Source: an uncultured Gammaproteobacteria bacterium
GTDB taxonomy: Bacteria > Pseudomonadota > Gammaproteobacteria > DRLM01
DNA: 64,000 nucleotides
Assembly: GCA_963729605.1 (NCBI GenBank)
Contig: CAVSNY010000006.1
Location: 96,001 to 160,000 of the forward strand
Reading direction: 5' to 3'
Positions 18,162-28,059 of this stretch are shown one piece after another. Both the position numbers and the translations under genes were made by a program. Under the pieces are notes generated by a model. It was not told the origin of the DNA and ran no database searches. It saw only the letters and a program-made list of their open reading frames with translations. Numbering within the stretch: the stretch's first letter is position 1; every line of letters starts with the position of its first letter.

Positions 18162-19052
18162 TCATTCGTAATTGAAACGGCGCGCCAGCAGCAGCAGGGC
18201 CTGTTCCAACAATAAACCGATGATGCCGACCACGAAGATGGCGATGATGATGTGGGCGACGTTGAGGTTGTTCCACTCGTCCCACACCCAGAAACCGATA
18301 CCGACACCGCCGGTGAGCATTTCGGCGGCGACGATCACCAGCCACGCCACGCCGAGGCCGAGGCGCACGCCGGTCAGCGTATAAGGCAGCACCGCCGGGA
18401 AGAGTATCTTGGTGAAGATCTTCCACTCGGAGAGATTCAGCACCCGCGCCACGTTCATGTAGTCCTGCGGCACCTTGGTCACCCCCACCGCGGTGTTGAT
18501 GATCATCGGCCAAATGCTGGAGATGAAGATCACCCACACCGCCGCCGGTTGCGCCTCCTTGAACACCAGCAGACCGATGGGCAGCCAAGCCAGCGGCGAC
18601 ACCGGCCGCAGCAGCGAGATGATGGGCGCGGTCATGCCGTTGAAGAAGGCGAAGCGGCCGATCATGAAACCCAGCGGTATGCCGATCAGCGCCGCCATGC
18701 CGAAGCCCAGCCCCACCCGCTCCAGCGAATGCAGGATGTTCCAGCCTATGCCCTGGTCGTTGGGACCGTTGACATAGAAAGGATCGCTGAACAGCGCCAC
18801 CGCCGCGATCCAGGTTTCGTGCGGACCCGGCAGACCCTCGCTGCCCTTGCTGACCAAGGCCCACAGCAACACGAACAACACCAGGCCCAACACCGGCGGC
18901 ACGGCCACCCGCACCAGCCAGCGGCTACCCTCCGCGAGTCGCGAGCTCCGCGGCGGCGCCGGCAGAGGCGCCGGCGGAATGATCACCGCCGTTGTCTCGG
19001 GCCGATCGGGCGGCGGCGTCTCCAAGGTCTTTTTCATCGCGATTACCGTCAT
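18162..19052 (-). CDS. Nitrate ABC transporter permease (NasE/NrtB-like)
   Basis: DPFYVNGPNDQGIGW, LRPVSPLAWLPI and IVAAEMLTGG motifs. Confidence 0.9.
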   Translation of the reverse strand: MTVIAMKKTLETPPPDRPETTAVIIPPAPLPAPPRSSRLAEGSRWLVRVAVPPVLGLVLFVLLWALVSKGSEGLPGPHETWIAAVALFSDPFYVNGPNDQGIGWNILHSLERVGLGFGMAALIGIPLGFMIGRFAFFNGMTAPIISLLRPVSPLAWLPIGLLVFKEAQPAAVWVIFISSIWPMIINTAVGVTKVPQDYMNVARVLNLSEWKIFTKILFPAVLPYTLTGVRLGLGVAWLVIVAAEMLTGGVGIGFWVWDEWNNLNVAHIIIAIFVVGIIGLLLEQALLLLARRFNYE

Positions 19053-19063
19053 CTTGTTCTCCT

Positions 19064-20332
19064 TTACACCTTGATCTTGAAACTCGCCGCGTATTGCGCG
19101 GGATTCTTACCATCCCAGGTCACGCCGTCGATGAATTTGGCGGAACGCATCGCGTCTTTGGGTACCGGGACCTTGAGCTGGGCCGCGGCCTGCTTGTACA
19201 AATCGATCTGATTCACCTTCTTCGCCACCGCGAGATAATCCGGATCGGCGGTGAGCAGGCCCCAGCGGCGGTGCTGGGTGAGGAACCACATCGCGTCGGA
19301 CAGATAAGGGAAGTTCACCGCGCCGTCGTTGTAGAACTTCATGTAATTGGGGTCATCCCACTTCTTGCCGATGCCGTTGTCGTAACGGCCGAGGAAGCGG
19401 CCTTCGATCACCCCTTCCGGCGCGTTGACGTAGGATTTGCTGGAGATGATCTTCGCGACCTTGGGCCGGTTGACGGTGGCATCGATGTGCATCGACGCTT
19501 CCATCACCGCCATCAGCATGGCGCGCGCGGTGTTGGGATATTTCTGCACGAACTCCGCCGTGGTACCCAGCACCTTCTCGGGATGGTCTTTCCATATCTC
19601 CTGGGTGGTGACGGCGGTGAAACCGATCTTGTCGAAGATGGCGCGCGCGTTCCACGGTTCGCCGACGCAAAAGCCGTCCATGTTGCCGATCCGCATATTC
19701 GCCACCATCTGCGGCGGCGGCACCACGATGGTCTTCACGTCATTGAAGGGATGAATGCCGTTGGCCGCCAGCCAGTAATAAAGCCACATGGCATGGGTGC
19801 CGGTGGGAAAGGTCTGGGCGAAGGTGTATTCGCGTTTCTCGCCGTCCACCAGTTTTTTCAGCGAGGCGCCGTCGGTCACGCCTTTTTCCTTGAGCTGATT
19901 GGCGAGGGTGATGGCCTGGCCGTTGTGATTGAGGCTCATCAGTATCGCCATGTCCTTCTGCGGGCCGCTCATGCCGAGATGCACACCGTAGATGAGGCCG
20001 TACAGGACATGCGCCGCGTCGAGTTCGCCGTGAACCAATTTATCGCGCACCGCCGCCCAGCTCGCCTCTTTGGAAACGGTGACGTTGAGGCCGTATTTCT
20101 TGTAGAGGCCCAGTTCATGGGCCATCACCACGCTGGCGCAATCGGTGAGGGGAATGAAGCCGATGGTGAGATTGGTCTTCTCCGGTTTGTCGGAGCCGGC
20201 CGCCCAGGCGCCGGAACGCAGCCACGACGGCACCGCGCCCATCATCGCCGCGCCGCCGACCGCGACGCCCACCCCTTTCAAAAAACCGCGCCGCGATAAT
20301 CCCCGCTTGTCTTGATCTTGTTTGTCACTCAC
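19064..20332 (-). CDS. NrtA/CmpA-family ABC substrate-binding protein with Tat signal
   Basis: SRRGFLK twin-arginine motif; GFIPLTD, FPTGTH, VPPPQMV, FCVGEPWN and HPEK; GTG start 20332 with RBS gaggtg. Confidence 0.9.
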   Translation of the reverse strand: MSDKQDQDKRGLSRRGFLKGVGVAVGGAAMMGAVPSWLRSGAWAAGSDKPEKTNLTIGFIPLTDCASVVMAHELGLYKKYGLNVTVSKEASWAAVRDKLVHGELDAAHVLYGLIYGVHLGMSGPQKDMAILMSLNHNGQAITLANQLKEKGVTDGASLKKLVDGEKREYTFAQTFPTGTHAMWLYYWLAANGIHPFNDVKTIVVPPPQMVANMRIGNMDGFCVGEPWNARAIFDKIGFTAVTTQEIWKDHPEKVLGTTAEFVQKYPNTARAMLMAVMEASMHIDATVNRPKVAKIISSKSYVNAPEGVIEGRFLGRYDNGIGKKWDDPNYMKFYNDGAVNFPYLSDAMWFLTQHRRWGLLTADPDYLAVAKKVNQIDLYKQAAAQLKVPVPKDAMRSAKFIDGVTWDGKNPAQYAASFKIKV

Positions 20333-20366
20333 CGTTGTCACCTCGATTAGTTTTAAAATATTGGTC

Positions 20367-20448
20367 AAAATAAAAGGCGTCGATCCGCATGACGAAATAC
20401 ATCCCATGCCGATAGACGCCTTTGTCTGTGAGGCGCACCGCCGTTGGT
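20367..20448 (-). promoter_or_regulatory. ANTAR antitermination leader (two hexaloop hairpins plus terminator)
   Basis: On the - strand: ACC-AACGGC-GGT and AGAC-AAAGGC-GTCT hairpins; the second overlaps the terminator AAAGGCGTC...GACGCCTTTTATTTT. Confidence 0.85.
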
Positions 20449-20501
20449 CCGCCGTAGTATTCGTTGATCGCGGGCATAAAGCGCCGCGTCATTCATGAAA
20501 G

Positions 20502-20517
20502 AGCAAGAGCTATACCA
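20502..20517 (-). promoter_or_regulatory. Sigma54 promoter for the ABC transporter operon
   Basis: TGGTATAGCTCTTGCT, GG-N10-GC spacing. Confidence 0.75.
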
Positions 20518-20784
20518 ATCTTCCACATACCGTTCAAAAAGCTGAATAACAGCGGCTTACGTCGGCCGGAGCCGGTACGGTGCCGCGATATCGAATCCGG
20601 TTCGTATCGGGCTTGCACCAAAATATCGCCCCGTTTCGCGGCGCGGTCCTCTTGTAGTGCGCCCGCGTTGAATTGGGATACGGTGATAAACCTGTTTACG
20701 CCCCATAAACCGTCATAAAAAAAGGGCACGCCCAATCGAGCATGCCCCAATAGCGGAGTCTGATGCGCACCAAAACCGTCAAGA

Positions 20785-22002
20785 TCAGAAAGCGACTTGT
20801 CCCATCAGCCAGATTTTGTCGGTATCTACTTTGCCGGCCAGATCACCGGCACTGTAACTGGCGTATTTCGCGGTGACGGTATAGAGCTTGCCGAATTTCT
20901 TGGCGGCTTGAAAATTGAGTTCGGTGCCGTAGTCACCGCCGCCGCTGTCGGCGCTGTAGTCGTGATAGACCGCGAGCAGATCGATTCCCAGCAGCGCACC
21001 GCCCACGCTCAAATAGACGTCTTCCAAACCCGCCGCCGGCGTGGTGAGAAACTGATCGGCCCAGCCGTTGAAGGCATGCAAGGTGGCGAGGGGGGTCTGC
21101 ACGGCGCGGATGCCGTCGCCTTCCAGCAGTTCATAACCGAGCTTGGCGGTCACGCCATTCAACGTTCCGCCCAACTCGGCGAACAGGTAGTTGAGATCAT
21201 AGCTGGCGGGATTGTCGGCATAATCGCTCTGTTGCGCCCACTCCACGGTGTACAACAGCTTGGCTTGTTCTCCGAGTTTGCTGCCGCCGGTGAAACGCAG
21301 GCCGGCGGTTTGGGTGGATGAACCCGCGCCCTGCGCGTAGTCCAGCAAATAGACGTAGGCGCTGAGGGTACCGGCGGCCCAACCGCCGTAACTGGCGTTG
21401 AGCAGATCGGAGGACATATCGACGTTGAGGCCGGTGATGCGGTTGACGTTGCTCAAGTGGGCGTAAGTGACGGTGGTGTCCGGCAAGGATTTATTGACCA
21501 GCGCAACCGCGTCGAAGGTCTGCTCGTTCTGCCGCCAGCCCACGTTGCCGATGAAGCGCTGATTGTCCAACAGCAGACGCTGCCGTCCCAATTTCACCAC
21601 CGTCGCGGGTAAGGCACTCACGCTGAGATAGGCCTGATTGACTTCGGAACCCTCGGGGTCCAGCACCGACGAATACTGGGTCTTGCCGTTGGCGCCGCTG
21701 TTGTAATCGTCGTCGCCGACGGCGGTGATGTTCTCGAATTCCAGAAAGCCGCTGACCCCGTGAAAGGGATCGGTCAGATAACCCAGGCGGCTGCGCACGG
21801 TCGAGGCGGTCGCCTCTTCCAGGGCGTTGTCCTGGTCGACATATTCATAACGATAACGCACGTCCAGCGCTACCTTGCCGCCGGTCAGCGATTCACTGAA
21901 GGTGGCCGCCGCCTGCGCCGTGGGCGACAGGCCGCTGATCGCGGCGATCCCGCCCAGCAACGCCGCACCGTAAGTTACCCGATAAGAAACCCCGTTTTTC
22001 AT
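20785..22002 (-). CDS. Alginate-export (AlgE) family outer-membrane porin
   Basis: Signal peptide; RYRYEYVDQ, GRQRLLLDNQRFIGNVGWRQNEQTFD and TPLATLHAFNGWAD motifs; terminal Phe. Confidence 0.85.
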   Translation of the reverse strand: MKNGVSYRVTYGAALLGGIAAISGLSPTAQAAATFSESLTGGKVALDVRYRYEYVDQDNALEEATASTVRSRLGYLTDPFHGVSGFLEFENITAVGDDDYNSGANGKTQYSSVLDPEGSEVNQAYLSVSALPATVVKLGRQRLLLDNQRFIGNVGWRQNEQTFDAVALVNKSLPDTTVTYAHLSNVNRITGLNVDMSSDLLNASYGGWAAGTLSAYVYLLDYAQGAGSSTQTAGLRFTGGSKLGEQAKLLYTVEWAQQSDYADNPASYDLNYLFAELGGTLNGVTAKLGYELLEGDGIRAVQTPLATLHAFNGWADQFLTTPAAGLEDVYLSVGGALLGIDLLAVYHDYSADSGGGDYGTELNFQAAKKFGKLYTVTAKYASYSAGDLAGKVDTDKIWLMGQVAF

Positions 22003-22044
22003 TAGCCACTCCTCGTTATAATTGATAAGCGTTAGTACATCTTC

Positions 22045-22123
22045 AAAAAAAAACGCCCAACCATGCCGCGTTGCCGCGGCGCTGATTGGACGTCTTTGTC
22101 CCGGCGCGGACCGGCGTTGGCCC
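22045..22123 (-). promoter_or_regulatory. Second ANTAR antitermination leader, upstream of the porin
   Basis: On the - strand: GGGCC-AACGCC-GGTCC and GGAC-AAAGAC-GTCC hairpins; terminator AGACGTCCAATC...GGTTGGGCGTTTTTTTT. Confidence 0.82.
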
Positions 22124-22175
22124 GCTGTTTTTATTTCTCTCTCCAGCGTCGCGGAGAGAGCTCAAATAATCGGTG

Positions 22176-22751
22176 TCAGCCCAGCAACTCCTCGGCCTCG
22201 ATGACGCTCTCCGCCACCTCGATGAGACGTTTGTTGCGATTCATCGCCAGCTTGCGCAGGGCGTGATAGGCCTCGTCTTCACCGTAACCCCGCCGCTTCA
22301 TCAAAATGCCCTTGGCGCGCTCCAGCAGTTTGCGCTCGGCGAGACTGCTCTTGGCCTTGGCCAGTTCCCCGCGCAATTCTTGAAACTCCTCGAAGCGCGC
22401 CACCGCGGTTTGCAGGATCGGCTTGATGCGATGCGGCTGCAAACCGTCCACCACATAGGCGCTCACCCCGGCCTTGACCGCCGCGGAGATGGTCTCCTTG
22501 GCGTCGTCCTGGCAAAACATCACGATCGCGCGCGGATCATTACGGCTGATCACATGCAGATGTTCGAGCATGTCGCGATCGGGCGATTCCATGTCGATGA
22601 TGATGACGTCCGGCTGCGCCTCGCGCACCTTGGCGTAGAGATCGGTGCCGGACTCCAATACGGCGGTCACGTTATAACCGGCCGTCGTCAAGGCTTGCAC
22701 CACCTGCGACGACCGCGTCACGTCTTCGTCCACCACCAACACCCGCAACAT
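22176..22751 (-). CDS. nasT: ANTAR-domain regulator NasT
   Basis: Receiver-like domain with PDVIIIDMESPDRDMLE and AGVSAYVVDG; ANTAR motif ERKLLERAKGILM...EDEAYHALRKLAM. Confidence 0.9.
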   Translation of the reverse strand: MLRVLVVDEDVTRSSQVVQALTTAGYNVTAVLESGTDLYAKVREAQPDVIIIDMESPDRDMLEHLHVISRNDPRAIVMFCQDDAKETISAAVKAGVSAYVVDGLQPHRIKPILQTAVARFEEFQELRGELAKAKSSLAERKLLERAKGILMKRRGYGEDEAYHALRKLAMNRNKRLIEVAESVIEAEELLG

Positions 22752-22790
22752 TCAACACCCGCCCTTGCCTCATCGTGACGCAGTGCATTT

Positions 22791-22806
22791 TGCAAGGCCT
22801 ATGCCA
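22791..22806 (-). promoter_or_regulatory. Sigma54 promoter for nasT
   Basis: TGGCATAGGCCTTGCA, near consensus. Confidence 0.85.
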
Positions 22807-23184
22807 TGGCCCGCGATCCGGCTTCGAGGCTAATGCGCATCAAGGGATTAAGCGCGCATCCCGCTACAGCGTTGACCGCGGCCGGGATACCCCTGCACTG
22901 TTATCGCCCAATCCGGCATGATGACGCTCCGCGACGACGCATCCCTCGCAGGATCATGCCCTCCCGGAGAGAGGCCGGCGGCGCTTGCATTAAATTGGGC
23001 TTGCCGCCATCACGTCACTGAAAAAATTGATCGACACATTACTTTTGCTGCCGACCCTCGCGGCTCATGGCGGAAGCCGTGACGTTGACCACCCAGGGTT
23101 TCGCGCGGGGCGCGCGACGCCGGTGCCGGCGGCGATCTCCATCCGGCATCGGCGGATTTGAATCGCCCGGTGGCTAATTTTTAA

Positions 23185-23333
23185 GGAACCTCTGATTTAT
23201 TCAGAGGTTCCCGCGGCACACGGATGTGCCGCCATTTTCAATGATGTTAACCATTGAAAATGGCGGGCAGCGAAAATCACATTTTCGCTGCCCGTGCCCT
23301 GAAAATTCCAGGATGGAATTATTCAGCGCTTCC
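23185..23333. mobile_element. 149-bp MITE with IS5-like ends and TTAA flanks
   Basis: TTAA|GGAACCTCTGATTTATTC ... GAATTATTCAGCGCTTCC|TTAA (14/18 inverted match); interior made of hairpins. Confidence 0.7.
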
Positions 23334-23453
23334 TTAAAATTTAAAATTTTAAAATCTTGCCGCGCCCAGACCGCATTCAGCCCGGCGGATTGCTCCAAAT
23401 CGCGGAACGCCGCGGCATGACCTCGGGGCAGCCGAGCGCGCCGCGGCGGCGAA

Positions 23454-24152
23454 TCAGGGTAAATCGAAAAAGAGCGCTTCGCCGTGTGACTCGGAGGTGA
23501 GGATGATGTCGGGTTCCTCGCGCAGTGCCGCGCCGTCGCCGTCGGCCAAGGGATGGCCGTTGAGGGTCAGCTTGCCGCGCACGACATGGAGGTAGGCGTT
23601 ACGGCCGCTTCGTACTTGATAACTCACCCGCTTACCGCTGTGCAGCCGGGTCAGGAATACCGAGGCGTCTTGATCGATGGTGAGCGATCCCTCGCGCCCA
23701 TCGGCCGACGCCACCAGACGCAAGCGGTCGCGGCTTTCCTCGGGTGCGAAGGCCTTTTGTTCATAACCGGGCGGCAAATTCCGCTGAGTGGGCAACAGCC
23801 AGATTTGCAGAAAATGCACCGGCTGCTCCCGTGAGGCATTGTATTCGCTGTGGACGATCCCGGTGCCGGCCCTCATTCGCTGCACCTCGCCGGGACGGAT
23901 GATCGAACCCGTGCCCAAGCTATCCTTGTGCTCAAGCGCGCCCTCGATCACATAACTGAGGATTTCCATGTCGCGGTGGCGGTGGCTGGCGAATCCCCCG
24001 CCCGGCGCCACCCTGTCCTCGTTGATCACCCGCAACGCCGAAAATCCTTCGTAGCGGGGATCGTAATAATCACCAAATGAAAAGCTGTGGTAACTGTCCA
24101 GCCAATCCAAGCGGCTGTGGCCGCGCTGCCGCGCCTTTCGCAGGCTTATCAT
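23454..24152 (-). CDS. Pirin family protein (YhhW-like)
   Basis: [34 protein letters not shown] and FLQIW motifs. Confidence 0.92.
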   Translation of the reverse strand: MISLRKARQRGHSRLDWLDSYHSFSFGDYYDPRYEGFSALRVINEDRVAPGGGFASHRHRDMEILSYVIEGALEHKDSLGTGSIIRPGEVQRMRAGTGIVHSEYNASREQPVHFLQIWLLPTQRNLPPGYEQKAFAPEESRDRLRLVASADGREGSLTIDQDASVFLTRLHSGKRVSYQVRSGRNAYLHVVRGKLTLNGHPLADGDGAALREEPDIILTSESHGEALFFDLP

Positions 24153-24271
24153 CGTTACAACTCCTACAGGACACTTCATTAGTTACTACTTATTGATTGC
24201 AGTAACAATATACTTGACACCCTCCGCATTAAATTGGAATTATCTGGCAGACACATTCAAATTATTTCAAT

Positions 24272-25180
24272 ATGCGACTCACCCTCGACGCCTTATCCAT
24301 ACTCGACATCATTGATCGCAAAGGCAGTTTCGCCGCCGCGGCCTCGGCCCTCCATCGCGTACCGTCCGCCATCACCTATACCGTCCAAAAATTGGAACAC
24401 GACCTGGGGATCACCCTGTTCGATCGCCAGGGCTACCGCGCGACTCTCACCACCGCGGGCCGTGAACTCCTGAAGGAAGGTCGTCACCTGCTGCAGGCCA
24501 TCGACGCGCTGGAGGCCCGGGTCAAGCGGGTCGCTACCGGCTGGGAAGCGGAATTGCGCATCGCGGTCGACGATGTCATTCGCTTCGAGGCCGTGCTGCC
24601 GCTGCTCGCGGAGTTTTACGCCACCGAGTCCGGCACACGGCTGCGCCTGGCCCGGGAGATATACGGTGGTAGCTGGGACGCGCTGCTCACCGGCCGCGCC
24701 GACCTGGTCATCGGCGCCGCCGGTGACGCCCCGCCAGGCGGCGGTTATAAATCGCGTCCTTTCGGACGTACCGAGCTGGTCTTCGCCGTCGCGCCCGACC
24801 ACCCTTTGGCCGACCGGCCTGAACCGCTCTCCGAAGAAGACATCCGGTGTTATCGCGCCGTGGCCACCGCCGACAGTTCACGAACCCTGCCCCCACGCAC
24901 CTCGGGCCTGCTGTCGGGGCAGGACGTGTTAACGGTAGCGGACTTCACCGCGAAGGTGGCCGCGCAACGTGCCGGACTCGGGGTCGGCCATCTGCCCAGG
25001 TGGATTGCCGAGCAAGAAGCGGCGGCGGGGCATTTAATCATCAAAAAAACCCAAAACGGCCCCATCTCATTTCCGCTCGCCGCCGCCTGGCGCAGCAATC
25101 ACGAAGGCAAGGCCTTGACTTGGTTCGCGGCCAGGGTCACCACACCGCCCTATGCCGCGGCGCTTACCGGTATGCCTTGA
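24272..25180 (+). CDS. LysR-family regulator (YhaJ-like), divergent from the pirin gene
   Basis: GSFAAAASALHRVPSAITYTVQKLE HTH; GWEAELRIAVD. Confidence 0.92.
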   Translation: MRLTLDALSILDIIDRKGSFAAAASALHRVPSAITYTVQKLEHDLGITLFDRQGYRATLTTAGRELLKEGRHLLQAIDALEARVKRVATGWEAELRIAVDDVIRFEAVLPLLAEFYATESGTRLRLAREIYGGSWDALLTGRADLVIGAAGDAPPGGGYKSRPFGRTELVFAVAPDHPLADRPEPLSEEDIRCYRAVATADSSRTLPPRTSGLLSGQDVLTVADFTAKVAAQRAGLGVGHLPRWIAEQEAAAGHLIIKKTQNGPISFPLAAAWRSNHEGKALTWFAARVTTPPYAAALTGMP

Positions 25181-25331
25181 AAAAATGGATCACCGCCGCT
25201 CAAGTACTCTTTCGCGATGACGTCATATATACCGGTATCGGTTGGGATAATCCGTAAAATTTTCCGACGATTGGGCCGGCCATGCCGAGAGCGGCGCCAA
25301 TAAAGGTAGAGCCCAGAAATACATAGATTTG

Positions 25332-25347
25332 TGGCATTGAATTTGCT
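25332..25347 (+). promoter_or_regulatory. Sigma54 promoter upstream of the PEP-CTERM gene
   Basis: TGGCATTGAATTTGCT, GG-N10-GC spacing. Confidence 0.7.
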
Positions 25348-25443
25348 ATTAAAAAGATTGGCCAATGATGGCATTGAATATTTTTTGGGCTTAAACCTCG
25401 AAATGGATGTTTGAAATAAGCCGTGAATTGAGGTTGACGCCCG

Positions 25444-26178
25444 ATGTTAAGTTGTAAATCACTGGTCTATAGCATGTGCATGGCGGCCGGCTTGGCGGTA
25501 TTCGCCGGCGGCGCGCACGCCATCCCCTTTCAAATCACCTCCCAGCTCACTGGTGACCCGCGCCTGGAAAATCCGGATGGAATCGTGGTGAACATCACCG
25601 TTGATGCCGATACCACCTCCAATCAAGCCACCTGGACCGTGGACCTGAACTCCCCGGTGGCCCATCCCAACATGAAATTACATGAGCTTTATTTCAATAT
25701 GCTGGGATCGGCGGGCGATTATGTCTTCAGCAATTTCTCGCCGGCATCCTGGAGCGTACAGCTCAACGACAATGTGAAAGGCGCCGGCAGCGGCGGTTCG
25801 ACTTTTTTATTTGAAGCGCTCGATCCGCAGGGTGGTCCCAAAGTTGATATTACCAACAGCGTATTGCTCACGTTCAAGATGACCAAGGTGGTCGGCAACT
25901 TTAACCCGCTCGATTTCATCAACGCGCCCAAAACCACGACCAGCGCCGGCTTCAATTCCCAGGTGGGCGCGCATTTGCAAAGTCTGACTACATCCAAAAT
26001 CGGCAAGTTAACCACCGCCGACAGCGGTTTCGCCACGGGGGATTTTTCATACGATCCGCCCGTACCGCCCCTGGCCGTGCCCGAACCCAACATCGCGCTC
26101 CTGATCGGCGGCGGCCTGCTGGGAATGGCCTTGATCCGCCGCCGCAAATCATCGTCACGGCAACACACCTCCAATTAA
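25444..26178 (+). CDS. PEP-CTERM sorting-domain surface protein
   Basis: Signal peptide (AHA cleavage); C-terminal VPEP, TM helix and RRRK. Confidence 0.9.
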   Translation: MLSCKSLVYSMCMAAGLAVFAGGAHAIPFQITSQLTGDPRLENPDGIVVNITVDADTTSNQATWTVDLNSPVAHPNMKLHELYFNMLGSAGDYVFSNFSPASWSVQLNDNVKGAGSGGSTFLFEALDPQGGPKVDITNSVLLTFKMTKVVGNFNPLDFINAPKTTTSAGFNSQVGAHLQSLTTSKIGKLTTADSGFATGDFSYDPPVPPLAVPEPNIALLIGGGLLGMALIRRRKSSSRQHTSN

Positions 26179-26225
26179 CGGCGGAACATCGCCGCTCCGC
26201 TGACGGCAATCGCCGTCATTCGGAC

Positions 26226-26259
26226 AAAAAAAAGCCTCGCTAAATAGCGAGGCTTTTTT
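26226..26259. terminator. Bidirectional intrinsic terminator
   Basis: aaaaaaaagcctcgcta-aa-tagcgaggctttttt between convergent genes. Confidence 0.9.
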
Positions 26260-26277
26260 ATTTGATACCAGGCGAAC

Positions 26278-26481
26278 TTATTGGGGAACGACGTTCACCG
26301 CGCTCGGGCCTTTGGCGCCGCGCTCGGTTTCAAAGCTCACGGTCTGCCCTTCCGCCAAGGATTTGAAGCCGCTGGCCTGGATCGCGGAGTGATGGACGAA
26401 TACGTCGGCACTACCGTCGGAAGGCGCGATGAATCCAAAACCCTTGCTGTCGTTAAACCACTTAACTGTACCTGTAGCCAT
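26278..26481 (-). CDS. CspA-family cold-shock protein
   Basis: [15 protein letters not shown] and DVFVHHSAI motifs. Confidence 0.97.
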   Translation of the reverse strand: MATGTVKWFNDSKGFGFIAPSDGSADVFVHHSAIQASGFKSLAEGQTVSFETERGAKGPSAVNVVPQ

Positions 26482-26727
26482 TCTGATTACCTCTATAAAA
26501 AATAAATGAACAATGTATTAGTGTGCAGATTGCTGCTGAGAAATTACGGAGGGATTACACTCTACACTGCGAGGAACTACCGAAACTGCTACAAGACAAA
26601 AAGCTGCAACTGGGCTGATCTTATACCCTTCCCACTGATAAAGCCAGTTATTTAATCTCTACAAGAGATAAGGACGGCTTTATTGACCACTTCGCCCGCG
26701 ATGAAAAAAGATCCCGTGCGGCCGCGC

Positions 26728-27393
26728 TTACCCGCGCTTACGCGCCAGGGTCACCCCATCACCGATCGGCACCATGCAGAGATCGACGCGATCATCGCCG
26801 AAGATAAATTCGTTGAAGCGGCGTATCGCCACGGTCGCCTCGCGCCGGTCATCCGGGTTGGCGACGCTGCCGCCCCACAAGACATTATCGACGGCGATGA
26901 GCCCGCCCGGCCGCAGCAAACTCAAGCAGTGTTCGTAGTAGTTGCGCAGATTAAGCTTATCCGCGTCGATAAAGGCGAAATCAAACGTGCCGGCTCCGCC
27001 GTCGCCGAGCAACTCATTCAGGGTGTCGAGCGCCGGCGCCAAACGCAGCTCGATTTTCCCGTCAACACCCGCCTGCCGCCAATAACGCCGCGCCACCGCC
27101 GTCCACTCCGCGCTGACATCACAAGCGATCAAACGCCCCTCTTCGGGCAAGGCCTCGGCCATCAGCAAGGCGCTGTAGCCGGTGAAGGTGCCGATCTCGA
27201 TGATGCGCCTGGCGCCGATGAGCTTGACCAGCAACGCCATGAACTGGCCTTGATCGGGAGAGATTTGCATCACCCCCATCTCCAGCCGGTTGGTTTCATC
27301 GCGCAAGGCCCGATGCAAGGGCGTGTCGCGCATGGAAACCGACAACAAGTATTCATAGAGGGTTTCGTTCAGATTCAGCGTCTGTTTTCCCAT
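26728..27393 (-). CDS. SAM-dependent O-methyltransferase (caffeoyl-CoA OMT-like)
   Basis: MQISPDQGQF, EIGTFTGYS, FDFAFIDADK, DNVLWGG and PIGDG motifs. Confidence 0.92.
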   Translation of the reverse strand: MGKQTLNLNETLYEYLLSVSMRDTPLHRALRDETNRLEMGVMQISPDQGQFMALLVKLIGARRIIEIGTFTGYSALLMAEALPEEGRLIACDVSAEWTAVARRYWRQAGVDGKIELRLAPALDTLNELLGDGGAGTFDFAFIDADKLNLRNYYEHCLSLLRPGGLIAVDNVLWGGSVANPDDRREATVAIRRFNEFIFGDDRVDLCMVPIGDGVTLARKRG

Positions 27394-27477
27394 AAGTACA
27401 CCTAGTTGTGGAAAAGAGAAAGTGCGCGTCCATTGGCTCATGCGAACCGCCGCAACGCGCACCGGTTTTTCCCTATC

Positions 27478-28059
27478 TTAATCCCGAATCGCCTCGACTT
27501 CGAACTTCAACACCATCTCGTCGCCTATCGCCGGCAACGCGTATTTCACGCCGAAATCGGAACGTTTGATCTTGGCGCTGGCATCGAAACCGCAGACGAA
27601 GGCCTTTTTGGTCGGGTCCATGGGATTGATGCCGCAATTGATGCTGGCCACCTCGAGCTGTACCGGCTTGCTGACCCCCATCATGGTCAACGTACCCTGC
27701 ACCGTCGCGGTCTTGTTATCGCGGATAGTCACCTTGCTCGACTTGTAGGTGATCTCCGGAAATTCCACCACGTTAAGAAAATCCGGCGAACGCAGATGAT
27801 CGTCGCGTTTCTTGAAGCCGGTATCGATGGAGGCGGCGTCGATGGTGACATTCACCGAACCGGTCTTATTGGCCTGATCGAGGGTAAGCTTGCCGCTGGT
27901 CGTGTTGAAACGGCCGTGCATCGTCGAAAAACCGAGATGGTTGATGCTGAAATGCGGATAGGTATGCGTCGGGTCGATGGTGTACGACTCCGGCGCGCTG
28001 AACGCGCTCAACGGCAGAAACATAAAAGCGGCGGCGGCAATCAATTTACGCATGAACAA
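27478..28059 (-). CDS. YceI family protein
   Basis: Signal peptide; YTIDPTHT, HLGFS, RDDHLRSPDFL and RSDFG motifs. Confidence 0.93.
   Translation of the reverse strand: MFMRKLIAAAAFMFLPLSAFSAPESYTIDPTHTYPHFSINHLGFSTMHGRFNTTSGKLTLDQANKTGSVNVTIDAASIDTGFKKRDDHLRSPDFLNVVEFPEITYKSSKVTIRDNKTATVQGTLTMMGVSKPVQLEVASINCGINPMDPTKKAFVCGFDASAKIKRSDFGVKYALPAIGDEMVLKFEVEAIRD

Noticed and set aside
20610-20780. NtrC-like GCACCA half-sites upstream of the sigma54 promoter
   Set aside because: Only half-matches to TGCACC-N5-GGTGCA; plausible but not supportable
26482-26640. cspA-type thermosensor 5' UTR
   Set aside because: The long AT-rich leader is compatible, but the structure cannot be verified by eye
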